Source: an uncultured Saprospiraceae bacterium (GTDB lineage: Bacteria > Bacteroidota > Bacteroidia > Chitinophagales > Saprospiraceae). Taken from it: a stretch of 64,000 bases of DNA. This document shows positions 55,353 through 64,000 of the stretch, piece after piece. The translations under genes were made by a program, and so were the position numbers. Under the pieces are notes generated by a model. The model saw only the letters and a list, made by a program, of their open reading frames with translations, had not been told where the DNA came from and searched no databases. Within the stretch, counting starts at the first letter, position 1, and every line of letters begins with the position of its first letter. The stretch spans positions 50,979-114,978 of the forward strand of contig CAVVAS010000008.1 in NCBI GenBank assembly GCA_963746195.1. The letters run 5' to 3'.

Positions 55353-55481
55353 TGAAGCAGGATTAGATTGGCCCCGGATTTTCGAAGCGAAGCGAAGAAA
55401 AGTTGGGGACGCGCAGCGGGGGCCGCAATCTTTTTTTTATTTCGACTTCGCTCAATTTAAATTCGAAAATCCAAAATCACT

Positions 55482-56762
<1,281 letters not shown>

Positions 56763-56793
56763 CTAAATGACAAAGGGCTCACGGCCCTGAACC

Positions 56794-56801
56794 GCAAAGA
56801 T
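56794..56801 (-). promoter_or_regulatory. Candidate -7 box (TAtcTTTG on the minus strand)
   Basis: CAAAGATA on the plus strand, 44 nt upstream of the purA ATG. Confidence 0.3.
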
Positions 56802-56849
56802 AACTGTCCCTGCTGAATTCAACAGGAAAAGCATGCCCCATGCTCTCTG

Positions 56850-57323
56850 CTATTTACATCCTCCCTTGCAATGTCCAAACAAATTCAAACTATGATGCTC
56901 AATGGTAAAATTCAACAAATCTCCCATCGTGGTTTTGATCTGCTGGACCCGAGGATCGCAAAACTCTAAAACTTTACCACATTCGAGACAGATGAGATGA
57001 TCATGTTGTTTGAAGCCGTATGATTTCTCGTATTGGGTCAGATTTTTTCCGAATTGATGTTTGGTGACCAGTTCACAATTGACTAAAAGTTCCAGTGTAT
57101 TATAAACAGTGGCCCGGCTGACACGGTAATTTGCATTTTTCATGTGGATGTATAGGGCCTCTGCATCGAAATGATCTGTCCTGCTGTAAATTTCTTTAAG
57201 GATGGCATATCGTTCAGGTGTACGCCGAAGATTATGTTCTTCCAGGTGGAGGGAAAATATTTCTTTCACTTCATCAAATGATATTTTACCTCCGGTCTTT
57301 GTGATGGATGCTGATGGCGTCAT
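56850..57323 (-). CDS. fur: Fur-family transcriptional repressor
   Basis: 'RRTPERYAILKEI', 'HDHLICLECGKV' and 'HCKGGC'. The ATG at 57323 lies 4 nt after the relA/spoT stop. Confidence 0.85.
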   Translation of the reverse strand: MTPSASITKTGGKISFDEVKEIFSLHLEEHNLRRTPERYAILKEIYSRTDHFDAEALYIHMKNANYRVSRATVYNTLELLVNCELVTKHQFGKNLTQYEKSYGFKQHDHLICLECGKVLEFCDPRVQQIKTTMGDLLNFTIEHHSLNLFGHCKGGCK

Positions 57324-57327
57324 AGAA

Positions 57328-59547
57328 TTAATTTTCACGATAGACGGATGATATCCCCTGCAAATTCTTTAATGACCTGATCACCATATTCAACTGATTC
57401 TTATTATTGACTACAAGCGAAACTTTCCCTTCAAAATAACCTTGTTTTCCTTCAATACTCAATGAACGGATATTGATGCCAAGTCCGGAACTTATTTTAT
57501 TCGTCACTCTTTCAATGACACCCGGACCATCATCAACACCTGTGATTCTGAGATTGACAACAGATTGTGTATTGCCTGACGTCACCCACTCCGCTTTTTG
57601 TACCCTGTATCCGTAACTTGCAATAAGGTGTGTTGCATTAGGACAATTACTCCTGTGAATTTTCACACCGGCATTGGATGTCACATAAGCAAAGATCTCA
57701 TCTCCCACTACAGGATTGCAACAGGTAGCTAAAGCATATTTGTATTGTTCGCCATCTTCTCCTCCGATGAGGATACGAGCCTGAACATAATCTTTGCCTA
57801 ACGCAGGTGATGTGGAAGGTTCGGTATCGGTTACGCTCGTTCGAACAGGCTGCTTGACCGGTATAATAATTTTACCTCCTTCTACTTCAAGCTCCCTGAT
57901 CTGTGCCAGGTCAAATTGATCCAGAGCAATGTCATAATAAAAATCAAGCTTTGAATTGTATCCAAAATATTTGACAAGCGCTTCTACATTCTCCTCGAGG
58001 TCGGCTTTCATGCCCCGGAGTTTGCGCTCGAGTTTTTCCATGCCTTCTTCCGACTGCGTTTTCTTTGAATCTTTCAGTGCAGTCCTGATTTTTGCGCGTG
58101 CTTTTCCGGTGACGGCCATTCTCAACCACTCCTCATTCGGTTTTTGATTGCGGCTGGTGATGATTTCCACCTGGTCCCCGTTTTGAAGTTTGTATCCCAT
58201 CGGGACCATCTTGTTATTGATCTTGATGGCCGAAGCATGGTACCCTATGTCAGAGTGTATAGCGAATGCAAAATCGAGAGCTGTCGCACCTTTCGGCATG
58301 ACTTTAAGATCTCCTTTCGGAGTAAATACATATAATTCCTCTGCATAAAGATTGGTGCGGAAATCACTAAGGAATTCAAGTGCATCTTTATGTGTGTCAT
58401 CCAGCATATCGCGGATGTTGTCAAGCCAGTTTTCATAGATGTATTGCTGGGTGTTGACATTTTTATATTTCCAGTGAGCAGCAAATCCCCGTTCAGCAAT
58501 TTCATCCATTCGCTCCGTTCGGATCTGGATCTCCACATATCTTCCTTTCGGCCCAATCACTGTAGTATGCAAGGATTCATAACCATTCGACTTCGGAGTG
58601 GTAATCCAGTCTTTCAATCTTTCCGGAATAGGCGTATGCGTTTCGGTGAGAATACTATACACAAGCCAACATGCTGCTTTTTCTTTTTCAGTGGGTACAT
58701 TTAAAATAATCCTGATGGCAAAAAGATCATAAATCTCTTCGAAGGGGACTTGTTTCTTTTTGAGTTTATTATAAATAGAAGAAATGGATTTTGGCCTTCC
58801 GACAATTCTGTATTCAAATCCAAGTTCTTCAAGTTTATCTTTTAATGGTTTTATAAATTCCCTGATGTATCGCTTTCGCTGTTGCTCAGATTCAGTAAGT
58901 TTTTTTTCAATTTCATCAAAAATCTCCGGCTCTTGTATTTTAAGGATGATGTCCTGGAGTTCAGATTTAATATTGTAAAGACCGAGGCGATGAGCAAGAG
59001 GTGCATAGATGTAATCCGTCTCCGCTGCGATACTTAATTGTTTATTGCGCGGCATCGGATCGATCGTCCGCATGTTGTGCAACCTGTCCGCAATTTTGAT
59101 CAATACAACCCTGACATCTTCAACGAGTGTCGAAAGAACTTTTTTAAAATTTTCTGCCTGTTCAGAAGGAACATTATAAAGTCCATCCAACTTGGTAAGA
59201 CCATCAACGATATGTCCTATTTTCTCACCAAACTCTTTGCGAATATCTTCAATGGTGACATCCGTGTCTTCAACCACATCATGAAGTAGGGCACAAACTG
59301 CAGCTGTCGGACCCAGTCCTATTTCATTGACACAAATCCGGGCAACTTCGATGGGATGGAAAAAATAAGGCTCACCGCTTTTCCGGCGTTGTTTGCTATG
59401 GGCATCAAGACCCATCTCAAAAGCTTTCCTGAGATTCTTTTTATCGGTATCGTCCAAAGGTGCAGGCAAAGCCTTCATCAACCTGCGAAACTCACGTTGC
59501 AGGGCCACTTGTTCATGTTCTGAAATGCCTGATTGGGTATGCGGCAT
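57328..59547 (-). CDS. relA: Bifunctional (p)ppGpp synthetase/hydrolase, RelA/SpoT family
   Basis: HD domain 'HPIEVARI..LLHDVVEDT', plus synthetase, TGS and ACT regions. The ATG at 59547 is preferred over the TTG at 59568, which lies inside the -7 box. Confidence 0.9.
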   Translation of the reverse strand: MPHTQSGISEHEQVALQREFRRLMKALPAPLDDTDKKNLRKAFEMGLDAHSKQRRKSGEPYFFHPIEVARICVNEIGLGPTAAVCALLHDVVEDTDVTIEDIRKEFGEKIGHIVDGLTKLDGLYNVPSEQAENFKKVLSTLVEDVRVVLIKIADRLHNMRTIDPMPRNKQLSIAAETDYIYAPLAHRLGLYNIKSELQDIILKIQEPEIFDEIEKKLTESEQQRKRYIREFIKPLKDKLEELGFEYRIVGRPKSISSIYNKLKKKQVPFEEIYDLFAIRIILNVPTEKEKAACWLVYSILTETHTPIPERLKDWITTPKSNGYESLHTTVIGPKGRYVEIQIRTERMDEIAERGFAAHWKYKNVNTQQYIYENWLDNIRDMLDDTHKDALEFLSDFRTNLYAEELYVFTPKGDLKVMPKGATALDFAFAIHSDIGYHASAIKINNKMVPMGYKLQNGDQVEIITSRNQKPNEEWLRMAVTGKARAKIRTALKDSKKTQSEEGMEKLERKLRGMKADLEENVEALVKYFGYNSKLDFYYDIALDQFDLAQIRELEVEGGKIIIPVKQPVRTSVTDTEPSTSPALGKDYVQARILIGGEDGEQYKYALATCCNPVVGDEIFAYVTSNAGVKIHRSNCPNATHLIASYGYRVQKAEWVTSGNTQSVVNLRITGVDDGPGVIERVTNKISSGLGINIRSLSIEGKQGYFEGKVSLVVNNKNQLNMVIRSLKNLQGISSVYREN

Positions 59548-59565
59548 AGGTTCACAAGTTAAGGA

Positions 59566-59573
59566 CAAAAGTA
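59566..59573 (-). promoter_or_regulatory. Candidate -7 box (TActTTTG on the minus strand)
   Basis: CAAAAGTA on the plus strand, 19 nt upstream of the ATG at 59547. Confidence 0.35.
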
Positions 59574-59658
59574 TTGATGCATCAGTTAACGGCTTGTGAA
59601 GCCGGGAAGATCATCAACGCAAGGTTTTATTAACCCGTTCATTTTTTCAATTAATGCC

Positions 59659-59666
59659 TACATTTG
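59659..59666 (+). promoter_or_regulatory. Candidate -7 box TAcaTTTG for tRNA-Leu
   Basis: 18 nt upstream of the tRNA 5' end. Confidence 0.4.
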
Positions 59667-59683
59667 CAGCCATTTTGGAATAG

Positions 59684-59765
59684 GCGGGTGTGGCGAAATT
59701 GGTAGACGCGCTAGACTTAGGATCTAGTGCTGAAAGGCTTAGGGGTTCGAGTCCCTTCACCCGCA
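59684..59765 (+). tRNA. tRNA-Leu (anticodon UAG)
   Basis: Acceptor GCGGGTG/CACCCGC plus discriminator A. D arm GGCGAAATTGGTAGACGC. Anticodon stem CTAGA/TCTAG with loop CTTAGGA. Long variable arm. T arm GGGTTCGAGTCCC. Confidence 0.9.
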
Positions 59766-59916
59766 CTTCTTCCGAAATTCAATTTGTCCCTGCAAGGGCA
59801 TCATTTCCGGGCTTTCTTTCCTGCAAAAACAGAAGAAAACCCTATTTATAGGCAAATTCATCAGCTAAAAGCCATTCATTCACCCAGAAAGCACTAAATA
59901 AACACTATACCTAAAG

Positions 59917-61300
59917 ATGAAATTTGATTTTGACCGAATAGATGATCTCAATGCAAGACTGACTTTAGTCATTGAACGCCCGGATTATACCTCGAAACTC
60001 GAGGAAAACCTCAAAAATTACAGTAAAAAGCTCAATATCAAGGGTTTCCGGGCCGGTAAAACCCCAAAAACCGTTCTTACCAAAATGTATGGTAAGGGAA
60101 TGATGGAAGAAACCATCGTTGGCCTTCTGAATGAAAAGATAAGAGGCTACCTCGACGAAGAAAAGCTTGACATTTTTGGTTCCCCCATGATCGCGGAAGA
60201 CTCGGAGCCAATTGATTTTAACCCCAAAGAGCCAAGAGATTACACTTTTCGATATGATTTAGGGCTAAAACCTGCCTTTAATCTCAAATACGAATTTGAG
60301 ACTCCTCTTCCTATCAGGAATGCCATAACCGATCAAAATGCTCTTGATGCTGATATCCTGCGTTATCGTCGCGCTTTTGGGGCAGAAGAGCCTATCCTCG
60401 AGGGTGTCGTAGAACCTCATGACAGAGTAAGCCTGGTCATGAACAGAATACTTGAAGATGGTTCTGTGGAGGAGACAAACAAAGAGACTGTCGTTGATCT
60501 TGAAAGAATAAAGGGAGAAGCAAATTCCTCATTACCAGGCCTAAAGGTGGGCGCGACCATGGATGTTGACCTTGAGAAATTCTTTGGTTATGCCAGGTCA
60601 ATGTTGATCAAAAACACATTGGGCCTTGAAGAAGATCCTCAACCGGATCAACCTTTGAATTACAGGTTAGTTATTGAAAAGATAGGAAGACCTCAAGCTT
60701 CTGAACTTACTAGCGAGCAATTGACAAAATATGTTGGGCCTCAAATTGAAGACGAGGCAGGCTTTAGAAAAATGCTGGAAGACAGGGAGAACAGCTCAAA
60801 CCAGGTGAGGACGCAATGATATGAAGAAATTGGTCATTCGAAATACCTTGCTTCATGCAAACCATTTCCATCTCCCTGAAGAATTTCTGCTGAAATGGGT
60901 TAATTCACAACGAGATCAAAAAATTGAGACAGGTTCAAGGGAGGCAAAAAATCTATTTCGTGAAGCCGGCTGGTCTTTGCTCCTGAATAAGATAAGTGCG
61001 GATGCCGGATTGGAAGTCACTGAAAAGGATATTCAAAAGCAGGTGACGAATTGGATCATGGAAAACGTTAATTACAGGCAGACGGATATCCGCAAACTCA
61101 TGAAGGAACTCTATGCGAATGAGTACTTTATGAGTACGATGAAAGAAAATGCCCTCGAAGAAGTAGTATTTACTTACCTCATACCCAAATACCAATTCGA
61201 AGAAACCGGAGCTACAGCAGAGGAATTTGAACATGCATTTCATGATTTACACCATCAATTGTTTGATCATGGTGAACATTCGCATGGGGAATACCATTAA
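59917..61300 (+). pseudogene. tig: Trigger factor, split by one frameshift at 60809-60816 into 300-aa and 159-aa ORFs
   Basis: The N-terminal ribosome-binding and PPIase-region text is in ORF 59917..60819. The C-terminal domain ('LPEEFLLKWV...') is in ORF 60821..61300. The junction reads caaTGAtATGaag. Confidence 0.75.
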
Positions 61301-61333
61301 TTTAGTGTTTTAATCTAAAGCCACTAATTTCTT

Positions 61334-62017
61334 ATGAGCCACAATAGCGAATTTTATAAGTATGCTACCAAACACGCTGGTATATCCAGCGCTGATTTAG
61401 AACGATACATGCGAACATCCGTTCCCGATATAAATGGATTCACACCCCAGGTCATTGAGGAGCGTCAGATGAATGTTGTCGGAATGGATGTTTTCTCCAG
61501 GTTGATGATGGACAGGATCATTTTCCTGGGTGTCCCTGTCAATGATTATGTAGCCAATGTCATCCAGGCACAACTTCTTTTTCTTGAATCCACAGACAAT
61601 AAGCGTGACATTCAAATGTTTATTAATAGCCCGGGAGGGTCAGTGATTTCGGGCCTTGGTATCTATGATACGATGCAATATGTTTCTCCAGAAATCGGAA
61701 CCATTTGCACAGGCCTTGCCGCCTCAATGGGTGCTGTTCTTTTGGCTGCCGGAACAAAAGGAAAACGAACTTGCTTACCGCACAGCCGGGTGATGATTCA
61801 TCAGCCAAGCGGAGGCATGCAGGGACAATTTACAGAAATGGAAATTTCCTATAACCTGATCAAAACGATGCGTGATGAGCTTTATGAAATCATGGCAAAA
61901 CACACTGGCAAGACTTTTGATCAGATTGCTAAAGATTCCGACCGCGATAACTGGATGACTTCGCACCAGGCAAAAGAATACGGACTTGTCGATGAAGTAT
62001 TGACAAGAAGTAAATAA
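61334..62017 (+). CDS. clpP: ATP-dependent Clp protease proteolytic subunit
   Basis: 227 aa with 'INSPGGSV', 'GLAASMGA' (catalytic Ser) and 'MIHQP'. Confidence 0.95.
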   Translation: MSHNSEFYKYATKHAGISSADLERYMRTSVPDINGFTPQVIEERQMNVVGMDVFSRLMMDRIIFLGVPVNDYVANVIQAQLLFLESTDNKRDIQMFINSPGGSVISGLGIYDTMQYVSPEIGTICTGLAASMGAVLLAAGTKGKRTCLPHSRVMIHQPSGGMQGQFTEMEISYNLIKTMRDELYEIMAKHTGKTFDQIAKDSDRDNWMTSHQAKEYGLVDEVLTRSK

Positions 62018-62023
62018 AGATTT

Positions 62024-63271
62024 ATGAAGACAAGTGATGATCAATTTGGCTGCTCGTTTTGTGGTCGTGATAAAAAAGAAGCACTGATCCTCATTGCAGG
62101 CATTGAGGGCCATATCTGTGAGCTTTGTGTTGAGCAGGCTTATGAGATCGTTCGCCAGGAATTGTATGATCACGATGATAAAGGGAGGAAGAAAGAAGAA
62201 AGCCTGGATGTTCCTGAGCACATCACACCTCAGCAAATCAAAAAATATCTTGATCAGTATGTCATCGGCCAGAGTGAAGCTAAAAAATGCATCAGTGTTG
62301 CCGTATACAATCATTACAAGCGGATCAAAAATAAATCCATCGATGAGGTAGAACTGGAAAAATCCAATATTCTTCTTGTTGGACAAACAGGTACGGGAAA
62401 AACGCTTATTGCAAAAACGATCGCCAAAATGCTGGATGTTCCTTTCGCGATCGTCGATGCTACAGTTTTTACTGAAGCCGGTTATGTAGGGGAAGATGTG
62501 GAAAGCATGCTGTCTCGTCTGCTGCAATGTTGTGATTATAATGTTGAAGCTGCGGAGCGAGGCATTGTGTACATTGATGAAATAGATAAGATTGCAAGGA
62601 AGAGTGATAATCCAAGTATAACGCGTGATGTATCAGGTGAAGGTGTTCAGCAAGCTATGCTAAAGATCCTGGAAGGAACTGATGTTCTGGTTCCACCTCA
62701 GGGAGGTCGCAAGCATCCTGAACAAAAACTGGTGAAAGTGAATACGCAAAATATTCTCTTCATTGCAGGAGGTGCATTCGATGGATTGGAAAAAATCATT
62801 TCACGCCGCCTGAATAAAAATGTAATTGGTTATGGAAACCAGGAATCTAAAGCCATCGAACCTGATAAGCTTTTCCATTATGTGTCACATAAGGATCTCA
62901 AGACTTTCGGTTTAATACCGGAGTTGGTGGGCAGATTGCCGGTGCTCGGATATCTTGAACCTCTCGATCTTGAAACCCTCAAACTCATCATGACTGAGCC
63001 TCGTAATGCCTTAATCAAGCAATACAAACGGCTTTTTGAATTAGAAGGTATCAAATTCACTATCACTGAAGGTGCCATTGACTACATTGCCCAGAAAGCA
63101 ATTGATTTTGGCCTCGGGGCACGGGGATTAAGATCCATTTGTGAAGCGATCATGATGGATGCCATGTTTGAATTGCCTTCCAAGAAAGATATCAAAGCTT
63201 TCGAAGTTGATCTTCGTTATGCAAAAGGGAAGCTGGATAAAGTGCAGTTGAAAAAACTAAAGGCCGCTTAA
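62024..63271 (+). CDS. clpX: ATP-dependent Clp protease ATP-binding subunit ClpX
   Basis: 415 aa. Zinc finger 'CSFCGR...CELC', Walker A 'GQTGTGKT' and 'VYIDEIDKI'. Confidence 0.95.
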   Translation: MKTSDDQFGCSFCGRDKKEALILIAGIEGHICELCVEQAYEIVRQELYDHDDKGRKKEESLDVPEHITPQQIKKYLDQYVIGQSEAKKCISVAVYNHYKRIKNKSIDEVELEKSNILLVGQTGTGKTLIAKTIAKMLDVPFAIVDATVFTEAGYVGEDVESMLSRLLQCCDYNVEAAERGIVYIDEIDKIARKSDNPSITRDVSGEGVQQAMLKILEGTDVLVPPQGGRKHPEQKLVKVNTQNILFIAGGAFDGLEKIISRRLNKNVIGYGNQESKAIEPDKLFHYVSHKDLKTFGLIPELVGRLPVLGYLEPLDLETLKLIMTEPRNALIKQYKRLFELEGIKFTITEGAIDYIAQKAIDFGLGARGLRSICEAIMMDAMFELPSKKDIKAFEVDLRYAKGKLDKVQLKKLKAA

Positions 63272-63332
63272 AGCAATAGGCAATAAGCAACAAGCAATAA
63301 ACAATCTTAGCCTTAGCCTTCACTTTAGCCTT
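63272..63332. repeat. Heptamer tract (AGCAATA GGCAATA AGCAACA AGCAATA AACAATC) followed by TTAGCC hexamers
   Basis: Starts 1 nt after the clpX stop. Reverse complement of the TTGCY family. Confidence 0.85.
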
Positions 63333-63462
63333 TTTCCCCTGGAATTTGATTTTCAATTTTTTTTGTATATTTATTCATTCTCCTGAACAAAATCTTTTAA
63401 AATCAGTCTTTACGGCGATCAATAGGCTGGTATTTTATAATATAATATCGACACATCTCGGA

Positions 63463-63496
63463 CCCTGGTCATTCACTGAAATGATCAGGGTTTTTT
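63463..63496 (+). terminator. Rho-independent-type terminator
   Basis: CCCTGGTCATT-cactga-AATGATCAGGG (one mismatch) followed by TTTTTT. Lies about 190 nt after the clpX stop. Confidence 0.5.
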
Positions 63497-63513
63497 GTGA
63501 CAGGGGCTAAGGG

Positions 63514-63521
63514 TATATTTG
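63514..63521 (+). promoter_or_regulatory. Candidate -7 box TAtaTTTG
   Basis: Ends 6 nt before the truA ATG at 63528. Confidence 0.35.
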
Positions 63522-63527
63522 CAACTT

Positions 63528-64000
63528 ATGCGTTGGCGCTTAGAATTAAGTTATTTCGGAAAAAACTATTGTGGTTGGCAGAAGCAGCCGGGTGATCTTA
63601 CGGTACAGCAAATCCTTGAAGAAGCCTTCGCGATGATTCTCAGAGAGCCGGTTGAAATCGTCGGTTGCGGCCGGACAGATACAGGAGTGCACGCCAGAAA
63701 ATACATAGCTCATCTCGATGTGATTTCTGAAATGTATTCTCCTAAAATTCTTTACCAGATCAACTCAGTTCTGCCCCAGGATATCGCTGTTCATTCTATC
63801 ACCGAAACGGATGTTACTTTTCATTCCCGTTATGATGCGATAGAGCGGCATTATCAATATTACATTCATTTTGAAAAAAATCCTTTTATCCGGGATCAAT
63901 CCTATTATTTTAATCAAAATGCAATACTTGATATGGCGGCTATGCAGGAGGCTGCGTTGCTTCTAAAAGATTACAATGAGTTTTTACCTTTTTGTAAAAC
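63528..64000 (+). CDS. truA: tRNA pseudouridine(38-40) synthase, partial (runs off the right edge)
   Basis: Own translation: MRWRLELSYFGKNYCGWQKQPG...VGCGRTDTGVHARKY... with the catalytic 'GRTDTGVHA' motif. Not in the ORF track because there is no in-window stop. Confidence 0.85.
   Translation, partial: MRWRLELSYFGKNYCGWQKQPGDLTVQQILEEAFAMILREPVEIVGCGRTDTGVHARKYIAHLDVISEMYSPKILYQINSVLPQDIAVHSITETDVTFHSRYDAIERHYQYYIHFEKNPFIRDQSYYFNQNAILDMAAMQEAALLLKDYNEFLPFCK

Noticed and set aside
55360-55450. Terminator or structured RNA (GGCCCCGG...CGGGGGCCGC followed by T8)
   Set aside because: The stem is imperfect and encloses a ~35-nt loop. It may be a weak terminator for the methyltransferase gene, but I could not support it well enough to list it.
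61775-62527. 250-aa minus-strand ORF
   Set aside because: It is antisense to the unmistakable clpP 3' end and clpX 5' end, and its sequence is low-complexity with no recognisable motifs. The same reasoning applies to other antisense ORFs, for example 860..1297, 3003..3413, 10706..11191, 53155..53556 and 54773..55252.

Overview
This 64-kb chromosomal segment looks like Bacteroidota. Evidence: an intact porP/sprF-gldK-gldL-gldM-gldN type IX secretion/gliding cluster, a cargo protein with a T9SS C-terminal domain, and many TAnnTTTG -7 boxes a few nt upstream of start codons. I call about 57 protein genes, mostly housekeeping: tag, metG, lnt, fumC, mgsA, uvrC, cysQ, methylmalonyl-CoA mutase, hemW, clpS-aat, recG, rbfA, ppx, rimK, purA, fur, relA/spoT, tig, clpP, clpX, truA, and M1 and M16 peptidases. 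There is one tRNA-Leu(UAG). I found no CRISPR array, prophage or recognisable defence island. The ORF track uses the longest ORF and counts TTG/GTG as M, so several starts were moved to the ATG that fits homologues or a -7 box. The unusual content is non-coding or structural. (1) A REP/REPIN-like palindromic element cluster surrounds a RAYT-type Y1 transposase gene. (2) A pervasive family of short-period (mostly 7-nt) tandem tracts abuts stop codons, resembling cyanobacterial STRR repeats; one hexamer tract runs in frame through a lipoprotein signal peptide. (3) A 152-bp hairpin-forming unit is triplicated after tag, with degenerate solo copies after two other genes. (4) A 17-nt palindrome, TGATTTCG-N-CGAAATCA, occurs five times, always in promoter regions, and brackets both ArsR-like regulator paralogues. 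(5) A displaced copy of the aat 3' end that differs mostly at synonymous sites lies 228 bp downstream of the live one, separated by a small element also found at the hemW 3' end. (6) uvrC carries five clustered frameshifts and tig carries one. All calls come from reading the sequence and the translated ORFs. No database search was run.
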